From NCBI GenBank assembly GCA_001661245.1, contig KV454012.1:1662418-1726417 (forward strand): a stretch of 64,000 nucleotides of DNA, written 5' to 3'. The position numbers and the translations under genes are program-made. The notes under the pieces are model-generated. The model did no database searches. It saw nothing but the letters and a program-made list of their open reading frames with translations, and had not been told where the DNA came from. Below, one piece after another: positions 1 through 11,227 of this stretch. Positions within the stretch are counted from its first letter, which is position 1, and every line of letters begins with the position of its first letter. The DNA is from Pachysolen tannophilus NRRL Y-2460. Lineage: Eukaryota.

Positions 1-571
1 TATAGTTTATGCTATCTTTAAACTGCGAAAGCTGTCTTGAATTTTGTGAAATTTTTATCTTATGTGTTGTTATACCTCTAGGTAGTATTGCTGATTCATC
101 AATTTGATCTGGATTTGATTCTATTAATTTTCCTTCTCTTATTCTCTCGATCCGATCATTAATCTCTGGTAACGTAGCACTAAAACCTTGAAATAATGAA
201 AACATATCGCCAGTACCATTACTAGTAGTTGAATGACTATTACTAGGAATATCCATCAACAGCTCATCGGATAATTCATCAAAACTTTTCGATCTTCTCT
301 TTTTTACAAAATATTTCTGCTTTTTTTTCTTATAATTCAAACTTCCTGGTTGCTGATCTTGCCCTAGGTCTGTATGCTTATAAATTAATTGATGAGAATT
401 ACTATTCTTCAAAGTATTACTGAGGGACTCTTTATAATTCTTATTATTTATCAATATCTCACTTGAACCAAACCCGTTGGGTGAACTAACTATAGCAGAT
501 GCAGTCGTTGCAACAGCTTTAGAAAAATTCAACAAATCATTGCTATTATTTGAATGATTCGTATATGACAT
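1..571 (-). CDS. MDV1: Mitochondrial fission adaptor Mdv1/Caf4, N-terminal part (runs off the window edge)
   Basis: Not in the ORF track. Manual translation from ATG 571 is open to position 1: MSYTNHSNNSNDLLNFSKAVATTASAIV...DELLMDIP...SLFQGFSATLP. The TTASA and SLFQGF motifs match the Fis1-binding N-terminal region of Mdv1/Caf4. Confidence 0.8.
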   Translation of the reverse strand, partial: MSYTNHSNNSNDLLNFSKAVATTASAIVSSPNGFGSSEILINNKNYKESLSNTLKNSNSHQLIYKHTDLGQDQQPGSLNYKKKKQKYFVKKRRSKSFDELSDELLMDIPSNSHSTTSNGTGDMFSLFQGFSATLPEINDRIERIREGKLIESNPDQIDESAILPRGITTHKIKISQNSRQLSQFKDSINY

Positions 572-1131
572 CTTCACTTCCCTATCTTTATGAATAAATG
601 CTATCAACTCAGCTAACTACTCCAAATTTAATGTATATTCTTTATAAAAAGGAAAAAATCTTCTTTACTCCTAGTTGAAACCTTTCAAAAACAATTTAAA
701 GCAAAAACAGAATTAAACAAATTAATGAAAAATAACGCCACTAGCAACTGCCAAATATGAAAGATCAATCGGAGTAAAAGATAACTGATATTCAAATATA
801 ACTTCTTCTATGATTATAATCAAAAACCTTTAATGGAGAACTTTTGGCTTACTGCAATACTGCTTCTGATTGGTGATCGGGAAATTCTTAAGGTCCTGCA
901 GCCCTTGAAGTGGCCTTTGAAATGGAGGGGACTCGGGCAAACTACAAAGATGAGCTTGATTCTATTGATAGCAAGACTAGATGAAGAGAAGAGAATTAAA
1001 TGGAAACAGTAGAGATTAGATTAAATGATATTAAAATTATGTGGTATATATATATATATATATATATAAAATAAAAAAAAGGGAAAAGAAATGGCTAAAA
1101 ATGAGAAACTCGTTGGAGAAAACTCGTTTGG

Positions 1132-3525
1132 TTAAACTCGTGGCGGACCTTTCCTTAAAATATCCATGATATCTTCTTCTTCTTCTTGAGAATCTTCTTC
1201 GACAAATGGATCATGGATGCTATTAGCGTGAGATTGACGTTTTGTAGAATGATAACCGAACCCATGGCCATGGCCACCATTACTGGATTTCTCATTTGTG
1301 TTTGGATTTGTATTATCGTGATTCATATCAAATAATGATGATCTTCTGTTGCTACTACTACTTTGACTTCCAGTATTTAAACCTAATGCTAATGACAAGG
1401 ACTTACCAAAATGTGAAGTTGATATACTACTTCCGCTGACTCCACTTGTACGTCTAAAATTTGGGGAATAATTGGCATTAATTTCTTGTTTTGTTTCTAG
1501 ATTGTTTCCATTTGATTCAATGTCTGAATCACCTTGTAATTCATTCGGTATCTTAGGATTTGTAGGAGAAACTGGATCATGTGGATCATGTGGACTTGCA
1601 GGAGAAGCTTCGTTGATATCAGAAAGCAGTTTATGCATTGGTTCTTGAAATGCAAAATTTTTCAAAAAAACAGTTTCTTGCTTTTCAGCTATTCCAGTAT
1701 TATCTTTATTTGTAGAGGATCCATCCTTTATAGAATTTTTTTCAGATTTGGAACTCAAATCACTTTGAATTGATTTTTTTCTAGAGTCCCATATATTATT
1801 ATTAGTAGTAACATCGGTATTTGTAGAAGATCTTTTTTCTTCGCTACCAGTTGTGAAACCAGTAATCCAACTAAGTTTAGATGATTTTCTTCTTCGCCCA
1901 TCAGACATTGATACATCCATAAATTCTAAAGGTTTTATAGCCGAAGACTGAGGTGTTCCATAAAAAGCAGTTCGATATGAATTATCTCTTGGTGTTACAA
2001 CATTATTACTATTGATATTATTATTATTAAATTTAAATGAATTCAATGATGGTTTTCGAACAAAGTCTAGATCATCACCTCCAGCTAATATGCTACTGAA
2101 ATCATGAGGGTTAATATTGGACTGCTCTTGCTGTTGGTTAATGCTGTGTGAAGGTGTACATTGAGATTGTAGCTGTTGCTGTTGCAGAAGTCTTTCTTCT
2201 TTCCTTCGATAATTTTCAATCTCTTCATTAATAAATTTTTTACGGTTTGATTCTTTTGTAGGTAATTCATACAATGGCAATTTTTGTAAACTTTTACTCC
2301 ATTTTGAATAGTGATAATCTTCATTTGGATCTGTATCAATTCTTGAAGTTGTTATTGTCCAAGGTCTTTCTCGATATAAAAAAACCAAAGTATCAATTGT
2401 ACAATTAAAAGGATAGAAAAAAGCTGCAACTGCATTTAACCACAAGACCTTATTCGATGGGTCATGAAATTCAACACATTGTAATATAAATGGGAAACTC
2501 CAAAGGAAAATATATGATATGGGATAAATAAATATTGATTTCATTTGTTTTTGAATCTGCAGTCTTCGCACTTGAAATTGTTGATATGTTGCTCTATGTA
2601 TATTTTTTTGTAAAGCTCCAGCTTTTCTTGTTGTAGTTGATAAATCATCATTTGTAGGAACAATATCAATTTTTTCATCATCTGATTCAAAATTAATATC
2701 TGCAAAAAATATAGCATTCTTCAATGTTTTACAAGTTTTATTAAATTTTTTCCAAAATTTATTTTTTTCATCATCATTTTGATCATTTTCAGATTCAATA
2801 TGAATACTACTAAATGTTCCACCTACTGACTTGTACTGTTGCATTACATAAAAATAGATGGCACAATAAATAGTCACAATAACAACAATAATTAAATAAC
2901 GAGGAACCCAACTTAATACCAATCTATACCATATTGGAGAATGAGTCAAATAACACCATATAGTCAAATCTTCATAACCTTTCCCATCAATGTAAGCCAA
3001 AGATGCAAGTAATACTGGAGTTAAAAATGATATTAAATAAACCAAATATCTATACCTAAATAATCCACCTTCTACATTATTACCAATTTTTACTTTAAAA
3101 TTAGGTTTAAAAATCAATAACCCTGTATGAATTGCAAAACTTAATATAGCAATATCAGCACCTTCAATTGAAAATGAAGTAAAAAATCCAACAAAATTAC
3201 AAAAATTTTGATTATAATATGAAAAATATTTGCTTTCTGCTCTAGCAGGGTATATCAAAAATACAACCAGCTTGATAAAATCAAAAAAAATTAAAAATAC
3301 AATAAGTTGATGACGGAAAGCTCTCTTCTTATGATCAATAGCACCAAACATATAAAATCCAACCAACCCAGAAAGAATAGAAATACATGAAGCTGATATA
3401 GAACATACCCTTAAAATATGTGATTGGCTTTCATCAAATCGTCTATCTTCCTGATAATCTCTTTTTGTCATAAGAATCATCGAATACTCCAGCCATGGAT
3501 TCCCCTGACTACTTGGAGACATCAT
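1132..3525 (-). CDS. GPR1: Glucose/nutrient-sensing GPCR (Git3/Gpr1 family)
   Basis: Seven hydrophobic segments. Motifs FRHQLI, WCYL, WYRLVLSWVPRY, MKSIFIYP and LYRERPW, then a long Ser/Asn-rich tail. Confidence 0.93.
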   Translation of the reverse strand: MMSPSSQGNPWLEYSMILMTKRDYQEDRRFDESQSHILRVCSISASCISILSGLVGFYMFGAIDHKKRAFRHQLIVFLIFFDFIKLVVFLIYPARAESKYFSYYNQNFCNFVGFFTSFSIEGADIAILSFAIHTGLLIFKPNFKVKIGNNVEGGLFRYRYLVYLISFLTPVLLASLAYIDGKGYEDLTIWCYLTHSPIWYRLVLSWVPRYLIIVVIVTIYCAIYFYVMQQYKSVGGTFSSIHIESENDQNDDEKNKFWKKFNKTCKTLKNAIFFADINFESDDEKIDIVPTNDDLSTTTRKAGALQKNIHRATYQQFQVRRLQIQKQMKSIFIYPISYIFLWSFPFILQCVEFHDPSNKVLWLNAVAAFFYPFNCTIDTLVFLYRERPWTITTSRIDTDPNEDYHYSKWSKSLQKLPLYELPTKESNRKKFINEEIENYRRKEERLLQQQQLQSQCTPSHSINQQQEQSNINPHDFSSILAGGDDLDFVRKPSLNSFKFNNNNINSNNVVTPRDNSYRTAFYGTPQSSAIKPLEFMDVSMSDGRRRKSSKLSWITGFTTGSEEKRSSTNTDVTTNNNIWDSRKKSIQSDLSSKSEKNSIKDGSSTNKDNTGIAEKQETVFLKNFAFQEPMHKLLSDINEASPASPHDPHDPVSPTNPKIPNELQGDSDIESNGNNLETKQEINANYSPNFRRTSGVSGSSISTSHFGKSLSLALGLNTGSQSSSSNRRSSLFDMNHDNTNPNTNEKSSNGGHGHGFGYHSTKRQSHANSIHDPFVEEDSQEEEEDIMDILRKGPPRV

Positions 3526-3620
3526 ATATATAATAAATACATATATAGATATATATAGATATATATAGATATATATATCTATATCTGTATATATATATAT
3601 TAATATTAATATTGTATATA
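3526..3620. repeat. (TA)n / (ATATATAG)n microsatellite
   Basis: The run atatatagatatatatagatatatatagatatatatatctatatctgtatatatatatat fills most of the short intergenic gap. Confidence 0.9.
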
Positions 3621-3656
3621 TGAATTATTTATTATTTATCTTGTATATTAAAACTA

Positions 3657-4757
3657 CTATACAAAAAATTCTATATTTTTAAGAGAAAATTTATTTTTAT
3701 TTTCTGTTTGAATTGCTTTAAAACCAGCACCAAGTTGTTTATATCCAACGATAAATGATTCTGTTGAGTGAACTATGAATATCACGTATCTATCATTAAT
3801 TTTAATATATCCACAGCATCCAATATAAAGGTTATTTGCCTTTAATATGGTTTTCTTGCTATGTTTAATTATACCTTCTTTGCATAATTGGGAAACGCTT
3901 AAAGTACTAGATTCGATTTTCTCCACTATGTAATAGCATAAGAATCTTGCCAAATCCATGGATATTATATCTTCACCATTCCCGCTACACATTATACTTA
4001 TAGAGTACCCATTTTGTATCAAATTATAATTACTACTGCCTACAATTGCTGCACATCCGATTCTACCTTTTGGTTTAAAAAAATTTCCTCCAGATGATGA
4101 AGAGGAAACCATGTTCCCCCATGAATCTGATATTGATACACCAACTGTATCAGTTATTAATTCCTCTTCTTGTTGCTCGTCTATTTGTAAATCTTGCTTA
4201 TATGTATTATAAATTTTTAAAGACTTTGCTGATATCAAATCACTATCTCCGCTATTGTGATCTATAACGAAAACAGGTTTAGTTATACCTAACTTACTTT
4301 CAGGACCATATTGATGCTTTAAAGACTCTAAACATCTTGAGATGGGATATTTGTTCCTTATTGAACATAAACTTGCCTGTATATTTCGATAATTTCCATC
4401 ACTATCCTCGTTGTCATCGTCATCCTTATTGTCGCCTTTATCCGACACCACAGTTAACAATATATTTGAATCACATTCGACTTGGCCCTCAATATTCAAA
4501 GAAGATCCATACCCAGTATTTGTAAGAGGAGAATCCTCTACTATCTTGCTTGATTTTTGCAACGTCGATAATAAGTGATCATAGCTCGAAAGTTTGAACT
4601 TAACATCATCACATCTGTCGTTATCTTTACTTTCAACAATCTCATTCAATTCGTTACAACTTTTTTCCAAAAGACTCTTGAAGATTTCTCGATTCGAAAC
4701 AGAGTGCCTTCCTGCACCCAAATGAACCATTATAATAGGCAGACTAGTTAGACTCAT
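3657..4757 (-). CDS. Threonine aspartase (taspase1-like), type-2 asparaginase Ntn-hydrolase
   Basis: VHLGAG, LEDSPLTN-like TGYGSSLN...VECD, autocleavage site D|TVG, SSGG..K.KGRIG.AA and SGNGEDI. First ATG at 4757 (the track uses GTG 4760). Confidence 0.85.
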   Translation of the reverse strand: MSLTSLPIIMVHLGAGRHSVSNREIFKSLLEKSCNELNEIVESKDNDRCDDVKFKLSSYDHLLSTLQKSSKIVEDSPLTNTGYGSSLNIEGQVECDSNILLTVVSDKGDNKDDDDNEDSDGNYRNIQASLCSIRNKYPISRCLESLKHQYGPESKLGITKPVFVIDHNSGDSDLISAKSLKIYNTYKQDLQIDEQQEEELITDTVGVSISDSWGNMVSSSSSGGNFFKPKGRIGCAAIVGSSNYNLIQNGYSISIMCSGNGEDIISMDLARFLCYYIVEKIESSTLSVSQLCKEGIIKHSKKTILKANNLYIGCCGYIKINDRYVIFIVHSTESFIVGYKQLGAGFKAIQTENKNKFSLKNIEFFV

Positions 4758-5009
4758 CACTCATTGCTCTTTATTGGAGAGTATTGACCAACCTGATCTC
4801 ATCGTCAAGATATCACTTATCAACCAAAGGCTCGATACCCAGAAGCAGTAGTTATGTCCTTTAAAGAACTACTTTTGAATTTTTCAACAGATGAAGAAAA
4901 AAAAAAAAATGAAAAAAAATTTTAGTGATTGATTTTTTTACATGATGAAGATAAAAATATCGGTATTATTGAATGGGGACATAATTAATAGGACATAATT
5001 AAGAGGACT

Positions 5010-6290
5010 ATGATACCCAGAATAATGGTGAAGAGACCTTTAGTAGAGGGCTATTTAGCTTTTTTCGCTGTGAGAAATTTTTCAAAATTTGGTAAAATCA
5101 ATAACAAGGATCCACTGATATCAGATTGGTTAAATTCAGGGAAACTTGAATCACAAAAGTCTCGGAAGCCGATTACTAGAAATGATAATTCTGATGGTGA
5201 TGGTGGTGATGGTGATGTCTTGGATGATTTAACGACTTTTGGGGACTTATATGAGCCTTCGACAAAATCAGATTCGATATTGGCCATGGATGAAATACAA
5301 AAATTGCTTGATGATTTAATCAAGACAGATTCAGATCCTATATTAACAGCTGAACATCAAACTGAAGATCAAAAGAGATATTCATCAATAAGGGAAAGAG
5401 ATGTTTTTAATAATATTTTTCAAGAGATTATGGGGAAACAAAGTTTTTCTAAAACAAAAGCCCAGCAAAATGTACAAGCTATAGTTTCTAATGACAGTTT
5501 TAATTTAACAAACGAAGATATTAGACATACACCATTATCAACATCTTCAGATTATTATGTTAATAGAGAAAATATTGATATCTTATCAAAAAGTTCTCAT
5601 GATTATAAAAGCTCACAACTACAAAAATTAGAAATTGTTAAAAGTTTATCAACTACTTTTGAAAAATTGAATTTTCTTTTTAAAAAAAATAAAGATTTGA
5701 TTGAATATGTAGATAAAGAAATTATTCAAAGATTTATATATATTGAACAAACTGGAAAACTTGAAATTGAAAAAATTGGAAAAATTGAAAAACAAAACAA
5801 ATCATTGAAAAAAATTGATTCTAGTACATCACAATTTGAAGAAATTGAAAAAATTTCTAAACATACACCTTTGCAACCAGTATTAGATCATTTTACCTTA
5901 CCAATCTTGGTTGAATTTATTTTAAAGTATTCAATTCAAAATTTTAATTCGGTGCAGGATGCATTGACAATATTTCAATCTTTGAAAACATCTTCAGTCA
6001 GATTATACATCTTATCATGTAATAACGATATTTACAATTTAATGATACAAACAGTATGGAATTATACAAAAGATTTTAATCAAATTAAATCACTATTAAA
6101 AGAAATGAAAAACAATGGTATCTTGGGTGATTTGAAAACAATTAAAATTTTAGCTCAGATTAAGATTGAATTCCTCAATATGTTACATAACAAAAATGGT
6201 AATTTATATTTGAGTAAATTCGATAAATATGATACAAAGGCTATAGATACTAAGCTTCATGAATTGAATAAAGAACTTTCATTTTCCTAA
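5010..6290 (+). CDS. MTF2: Mitochondrial Mtf2-family protein
   Basis: Presequence-like N-terminus. C-terminal PPR-like motif YILSCNNDIYNLMIQTVWN...LLKEMKNNGILGD.KT, typical of the Mtf2 family. Confidence 0.7.
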   Translation: MIPRIMVKRPLVEGYLAFFAVRNFSKFGKINNKDPLISDWLNSGKLESQKSRKPITRNDNSDGDGGDGDVLDDLTTFGDLYEPSTKSDSILAMDEIQKLLDDLIKTDSDPILTAEHQTEDQKRYSSIRERDVFNNIFQEIMGKQSFSKTKAQQNVQAIVSNDSFNLTNEDIRHTPLSTSSDYYVNRENIDILSKSSHDYKSSQLQKLEIVKSLSTTFEKLNFLFKKNKDLIEYVDKEIIQRFIYIEQTGKLEIEKIGKIEKQNKSLKKIDSSTSQFEEIEKISKHTPLQPVLDHFTLPILVEFILKYSIQNFNSVQDALTIFQSLKTSSVRLYILSCNNDIYNLMIQTVWNYTKDFNQIKSLLKEMKNNGILGDLKTIKILAQIKIEFLNMLHNKNGNLYLSKFDKYDTKAIDTKLHELNKELSFS

Positions 6291-6705
6291 TCATTTGGAA
6301 AAGTTAATATTATCTGTATATACGATTACATCAATAAAAGAAAAGAAAAAAAATTTCTTTTTTTTTTTTTCACCTCCCCCAGCAACTAACCACCTATATC
6401 CAGGCTCTAATGCGCTTACTATACTTTCTTCATCTTTCTTCTATCTTCTTATGTTCTTCTGTTTTTGTGTAAACTGACTGGTTTGTATACAGTCCGGTAT
6501 TAAAGAAGAAAAAAAAAGTTAGCCGCACATAAAGTAAACAAAAGATATGCCATCTTTACAAACTAATCATTCAAAAGGTGATTCTCTCATTTTTATTAAA
6601 TCAAATGGTAAATGGCTGGTCATTATTTAGAGATAAAGAAAACAATTTCTCAAAAATTATATAGGTACTGGTCAATGTTAGATTTTTTTTATTTGTAAAA
6701 AGAAG

Positions 6706-9210
6706 ATGGGTACGATTTTTACCAGAATTATGCTTTTCAATTTTAAATGCACTGACTAACTTTAATTCAAAATAGACTCAGCAGTTGATATTAATAATAA
6801 TAATAATAAAAATAATAATAATAATAACATTGTGACTCCAGAAGAACAGGATTCTCTGCAAAGCCCATTCAAAGTTCCTGATGTTAATCCTTTTGCAAAT
6901 CCTAATAAAGAGGAAGAAACTAACGAAGTTATCTTTGAAGGTAAAAATGTTTCTGTTCCTGCCACAAATGTTGATGATACACATGAATACCTGAAAAATA
7001 TTTCTTATTCGGCTGCTGTTGATGATGTTTGCAAAGAAGAAGAATTAACAGCAAATATCAATAAGCAAACTGATTCAAGCAAAAGTCCAATAAAGACAGA
7101 TCTGGATAGTTCTCAATACTATATTAATCAAATGCCTCATTTTACAAGTGCCATTCCAGGATTGTTATTCAGTGATAATCAAGAATATCCAATCGATGAT
7201 CCTTTGGCTGCAGAAAATCTTTCCTCATCTCTGGAACATAAAAATAAAACAATTATGGAAGCAATGGAGCAACAAGCTGCAGACATTAAAAGAATCAAGA
7301 TTACAAAAGATAGCGAAGATAATGAAAATAATAAAGAGTTGAAAAGAACAAAAAGTTCAAGAAGTTTGAAAACTTTGAGTACAAAGTTGAAAAATTTAAA
7401 ATCTCCAATTGAAGTTCCAACAGAGGGGTTATCTGAAAAAGAAGCTTTAGGTGTTGAATCTGAAACTTTACCTTTGGAAAAACGTTCAATGAATTTGAAA
7501 GAGCCTTTACTTGGTGTTTCTAGATACAACAGACATTCTACTACAATTAATGAACCACTACTAAAAATTCATAATTTTATTGACAGTGATAGTGTTGAAT
7601 CAAGTATGAATTCTCCAGTTGGTCCTGAAACCCCGACATTTCCACCTTCAACAAATCCTTTGAAAAGTAGTGATAACGTCGACAGATCAAATCCTTTCTT
7701 TTCAGAAAACTTTACATCCTTGATCGCAACAGGTAACGAACTAAAAAATCAGAGCAATTCTGGTGAAAACGAAAAAAATATTTTAGGCACACAAAATAAA
7801 ATAATTAACCTTCAAGAAAATAGTTCTCCATTTCAACCACCTTCTGTTGGCAAATATTCTGGTTCTTCCAAAAAAAATGCAAAAAACTTTGTTTCCAAAC
7901 ACAAGTATGCTATAATTATAAGTTTATTATTATTTTTCTTCATTGTTTCATGTGGTACAATGATTCCATTGACGTATGTATATATTTTTATAATCGGTAT
8001 TATTTTGCAAAAATTCTTTACTAACAATAATTTTCAAAACAGCATATATTACAGCAGAGGAACTCTGTCCTCTGTAATGAAATATTTTGAACGGTTGTCT
8101 CCAAACTCAAAAGCTGCAGCTTTGGATGAGTTGATATCAAAATATGACTATGTTAAAGGTGAGTTCAATTTCCAGTATCGTAACTCATCACAACCTGCAA
8201 GTAAAATCGATAGGAAAGCGCCGCACAGATCTAATCTGAAATCTAGTAGAGGAAGAGTATTGTACAATACATTTGAAGGAATCAATGAAAAATACAAGAA
8301 GGATAAGGAAATTGAAGCTTTAATGAACAACTCGGCCTTGCAAAATGTCTTTTATGGTATTGATTATGCACCAAGAGGTGTTATTGCTCCTATATGTGGA
8401 GCCAGTTTACATGAAATTATGTTGGATCTCGCAGTACTTTCCCGAGTTACTACAAGAATTAGAACTTATGGTATGCAATGTGATCAACCAAATTTTGTGT
8501 TGGATGCTTTATTAGAATTGGGTCTTAATATGACACTTTCAATGGGTGTGTGGATTGGTGCAGATGAAAATTTGAATTCAGCTCAATTAAGTGTAATGGA
8601 AGATGTATTAAGAAGCTATCCAAGAAGATTGTTTGATTCTGTAATGATCGGAAATGAAGTATTATTTAGACAAGAAAAGTCTAGTAATGATTTGGTTAAT
8701 TATATTACGAAAACGAAGGAAATATTGAATCGTATCGGATACACAGATTTGCCGGTAGGGACTTCAGAAATTGGATCAAAAATTGATTCTATGGTTTTAC
8801 AATCTTCCGATATAATAGGAGCCAATGTCCATCCATTTTTTGGAGGAGACGATGTTAAAGTTGCAACGAAATGGACCTTAGACTTTCTTCATAATCAAAT
8901 TGCTGCTAAAAGTGGAAATAAAAACATTTTCGTTTCAGAAGTTGGCTGGCCATCTGGTGGAGGTAAATATATAAATTCCGTTGCTGATCGAGAGTCTTTA
9001 GAATATTTTATTAATAATTGGGTATGTGAAGTGAATAAAAAAGATATTGAATGGTACTGGTTTGAAGCATTTGATGAACCTTGGAAGAAAATATACGATA
9101 CTCCAAGTACTCAATGGGAAGCACAATGGGGTATATTTACCTCAGATAGAGTATTAAAAATTACATTACCAGACTGTAATGACTATGCTAATTCAACAGC
9201 TGTTAATTGA
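6706..9210 (+). CDS. Membrane-anchored GH17 beta-1,3-glucanase/glucanosyltransferase (BtgC-like); 4-nt first exon, intron 6710-6775
   Basis: GH17 motifs RIRTYGMQC, IGNEVL, ANVHPFF, SEVGWPS and WFEAFDEPWK, with one TM segment before the domain. ATGG|GTACGA...GACTAAC...TAG|AC gives in-frame MDSAVDINNN. Confidence 0.88.
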
Positions 9211-9330
9211 ACTTTGCTTTAATTCTTTTTAAATGTTTTAAATATATTGTTTTTACATACATAAATATATGTATTATATATATATATATATGTAAGTTTA
9301 TTTATTTTTGCTTTTTGATGGATAAATAAA

Positions 9331-10956
9331 TCACAGTTTACTTAATTGAATCATTTTATAATGAAGCCATACCCAAAAAATGACAAAACAACAAAATGAT
9401 AAAGTGATATTGCCTATAACAAACAAATCTGGATAACGTTTTGGTGGGTTATAAAAAATTTCAAGGAAATGAATTACACCACATGCAATATAACTACCAA
9501 TTATAATTACTCTCCAAAGGAAATTGTTTGGTAAAGCCATTATAATAGATTTTGATTTAAGCTTGATTGTTAATGTAGGACCAGGGATCACAGAATTTGG
9601 TAAAAGTTTACTAATCCAATTCAAATTCCCAATTAACCAATTGCTTAATATGAATAACACATAATACTGTAAAACCAATCCATCTTTTTTCAACAATGGC
9701 CAAAGACTAAAATAACATATATTTGAAATCCAACATATCATAGATATCACATTAGGATCATTGTCAACTAATAATAATATTGTTGGTAGTAAAGGAACCA
9801 AAACAGATTTTTCATGGACTTGGAAAGAGAAAAAATAAAAAGACCATGAAGTAATTGCAAATCCATATAGTAACAAAATTTTTTTGCTATTATCAATTTT
9901 TTTTTGAATAAAAATTAAAATACAGCATGGAAGAAATCCAATTAATGTTAATAATATGGAAAGTTTTTTCAATTGATCAACACTGAAAATTTCTCTATAT
10001 TTTATAAAAATATTGGTTGTACACCAAAAATTGGCAACTTTATCTTCAAAAATTCCTCTATCAAAGGGGAAAACTCTGTATAAAATTTGACCTATATCTG
10101 TTTTTAATCCATTTCCATAAATTAAAAATGGTAAAAACACCATGAAGAGAGTCCATGTAACACTTGATCCTATGGAAACTAATCTTGGTAAATTAATCTT
10201 AAAATGTTTTAAATCAATAACACATAGACTTAACAAATAACTGAAGATAAATGGAGCATAATACAATGACATTTGCTTAAAACATATAGATAGTACAAAG
10301 AAAATTGAACTCAATTCATAATTGTCATAAAGCAAATTAACAAAACTCAGAAGGGCCAACCCTAACATTACAGAATTATACTGAAAATGACCATGGTCAA
10401 TGATTATCAAGCAAGGTTGAAACAAAATCAGTGCCGCAATACAGGTTTGGTCAATCGGTGATTGTCCATTGTTTCTTCCAAACCACCTTGTAATTAATAT
10501 CACCCAAGGAAATAAAAAAAACAATTCACTTACTAAAGAGGTAAACCTCATATAAGATTTCAACGTTAAATCCTCATAACCTCTTGATACCCCTAATTTA
10601 AACCACTCCTCGTTACAAAAAAATGATCCAATCTTACCAAAAATCCAAGAATGATACAGTGTCAATGGTGGATAATCCAACCCCCAATAATTCAAATCGT
10701 AGAAATACCAATCCTTAAGTGGAAGATTGATTGTTATTTCAAGCCAATGCCTTTGAGCTTCAAAATCACCATACATCGGAGGAGTCTTGAAGCCAGAAAA
10801 AGAACCCAACCCAACTGCATACCTTATGATCAGTGCAAATATTATTATAATATATCGAGCTACCCATTGATTTTGAGCTGGCTTGAAAGGCGTAAGAAAA
10901 TCATGGAGCGGTGATGAATAAAAAGATGATTTCTGTAACTTAGCTCCCTTCACCAT
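9331..10956 (-). CDS. ALG6: Dolichyl-P-Glc:Man9GlcNAc2-PP-dolichol alpha-1,3-glucosyltransferase
   Basis: GDFEAQRHW, YWGLDYPPLT, IDHGHFQYN, RGIFEDKVANFWC and FQVHEKS. First ATG at 10956. Confidence 0.97.
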   Translation of the reverse strand: MVKGAKLQKSSFYSSPLHDFLTPFKPAQNQWVARYIIIIFALIIRYAVGLGSFSGFKTPPMYGDFEAQRHWLEITINLPLKDWYFYDLNYWGLDYPPLTLYHSWIFGKIGSFFCNEEWFKLGVSRGYEDLTLKSYMRFTSLVSELFFLFPWVILITRWFGRNNGQSPIDQTCIAALILFQPCLIIIDHGHFQYNSVMLGLALLSFVNLLYDNYELSSIFFVLSICFKQMSLYYAPFIFSYLLSLCVIDLKHFKINLPRLVSIGSSVTWTLFMVFLPFLIYGNGLKTDIGQILYRVFPFDRGIFEDKVANFWCTTNIFIKYREIFSVDQLKKLSILLTLIGFLPCCILIFIQKKIDNSKKILLLYGFAITSWSFYFFSFQVHEKSVLVPLLPTILLLVDNDPNVISMICWISNICYFSLWPLLKKDGLVLQYYVLFILSNWLIGNLNWISKLLPNSVIPGPTLTIKLKSKSIIMALPNNFLWRVIIIGSYIACGVIHFLEIFYNPPKRYPDLFVIGNITLSFCCFVIFWVWLHYKMIQLSKL

Positions 10957-11227
10957 GACAAACTGCAAAACCAAGACAACAATTAAGTGACTTGACTTGA
11001 CTTGACTTGAAACAAATAACTTAACGAAAAATGCTATTTAAATATATAAATGTACTTGATTTTAAGTCGTGGCGAAATTTTTGTTTTTTTATTTTTTAAA
11101 ATGATATTGATAATTTAAGCATAAATTTTTTTTTAAATGATGATAAAATAAAATCTATATTTAAATTATTCATTATTTATCCGTTAGAATAGAGGGATTA
11201 TGGAGAGTAAGATCATAAGGATATAAC

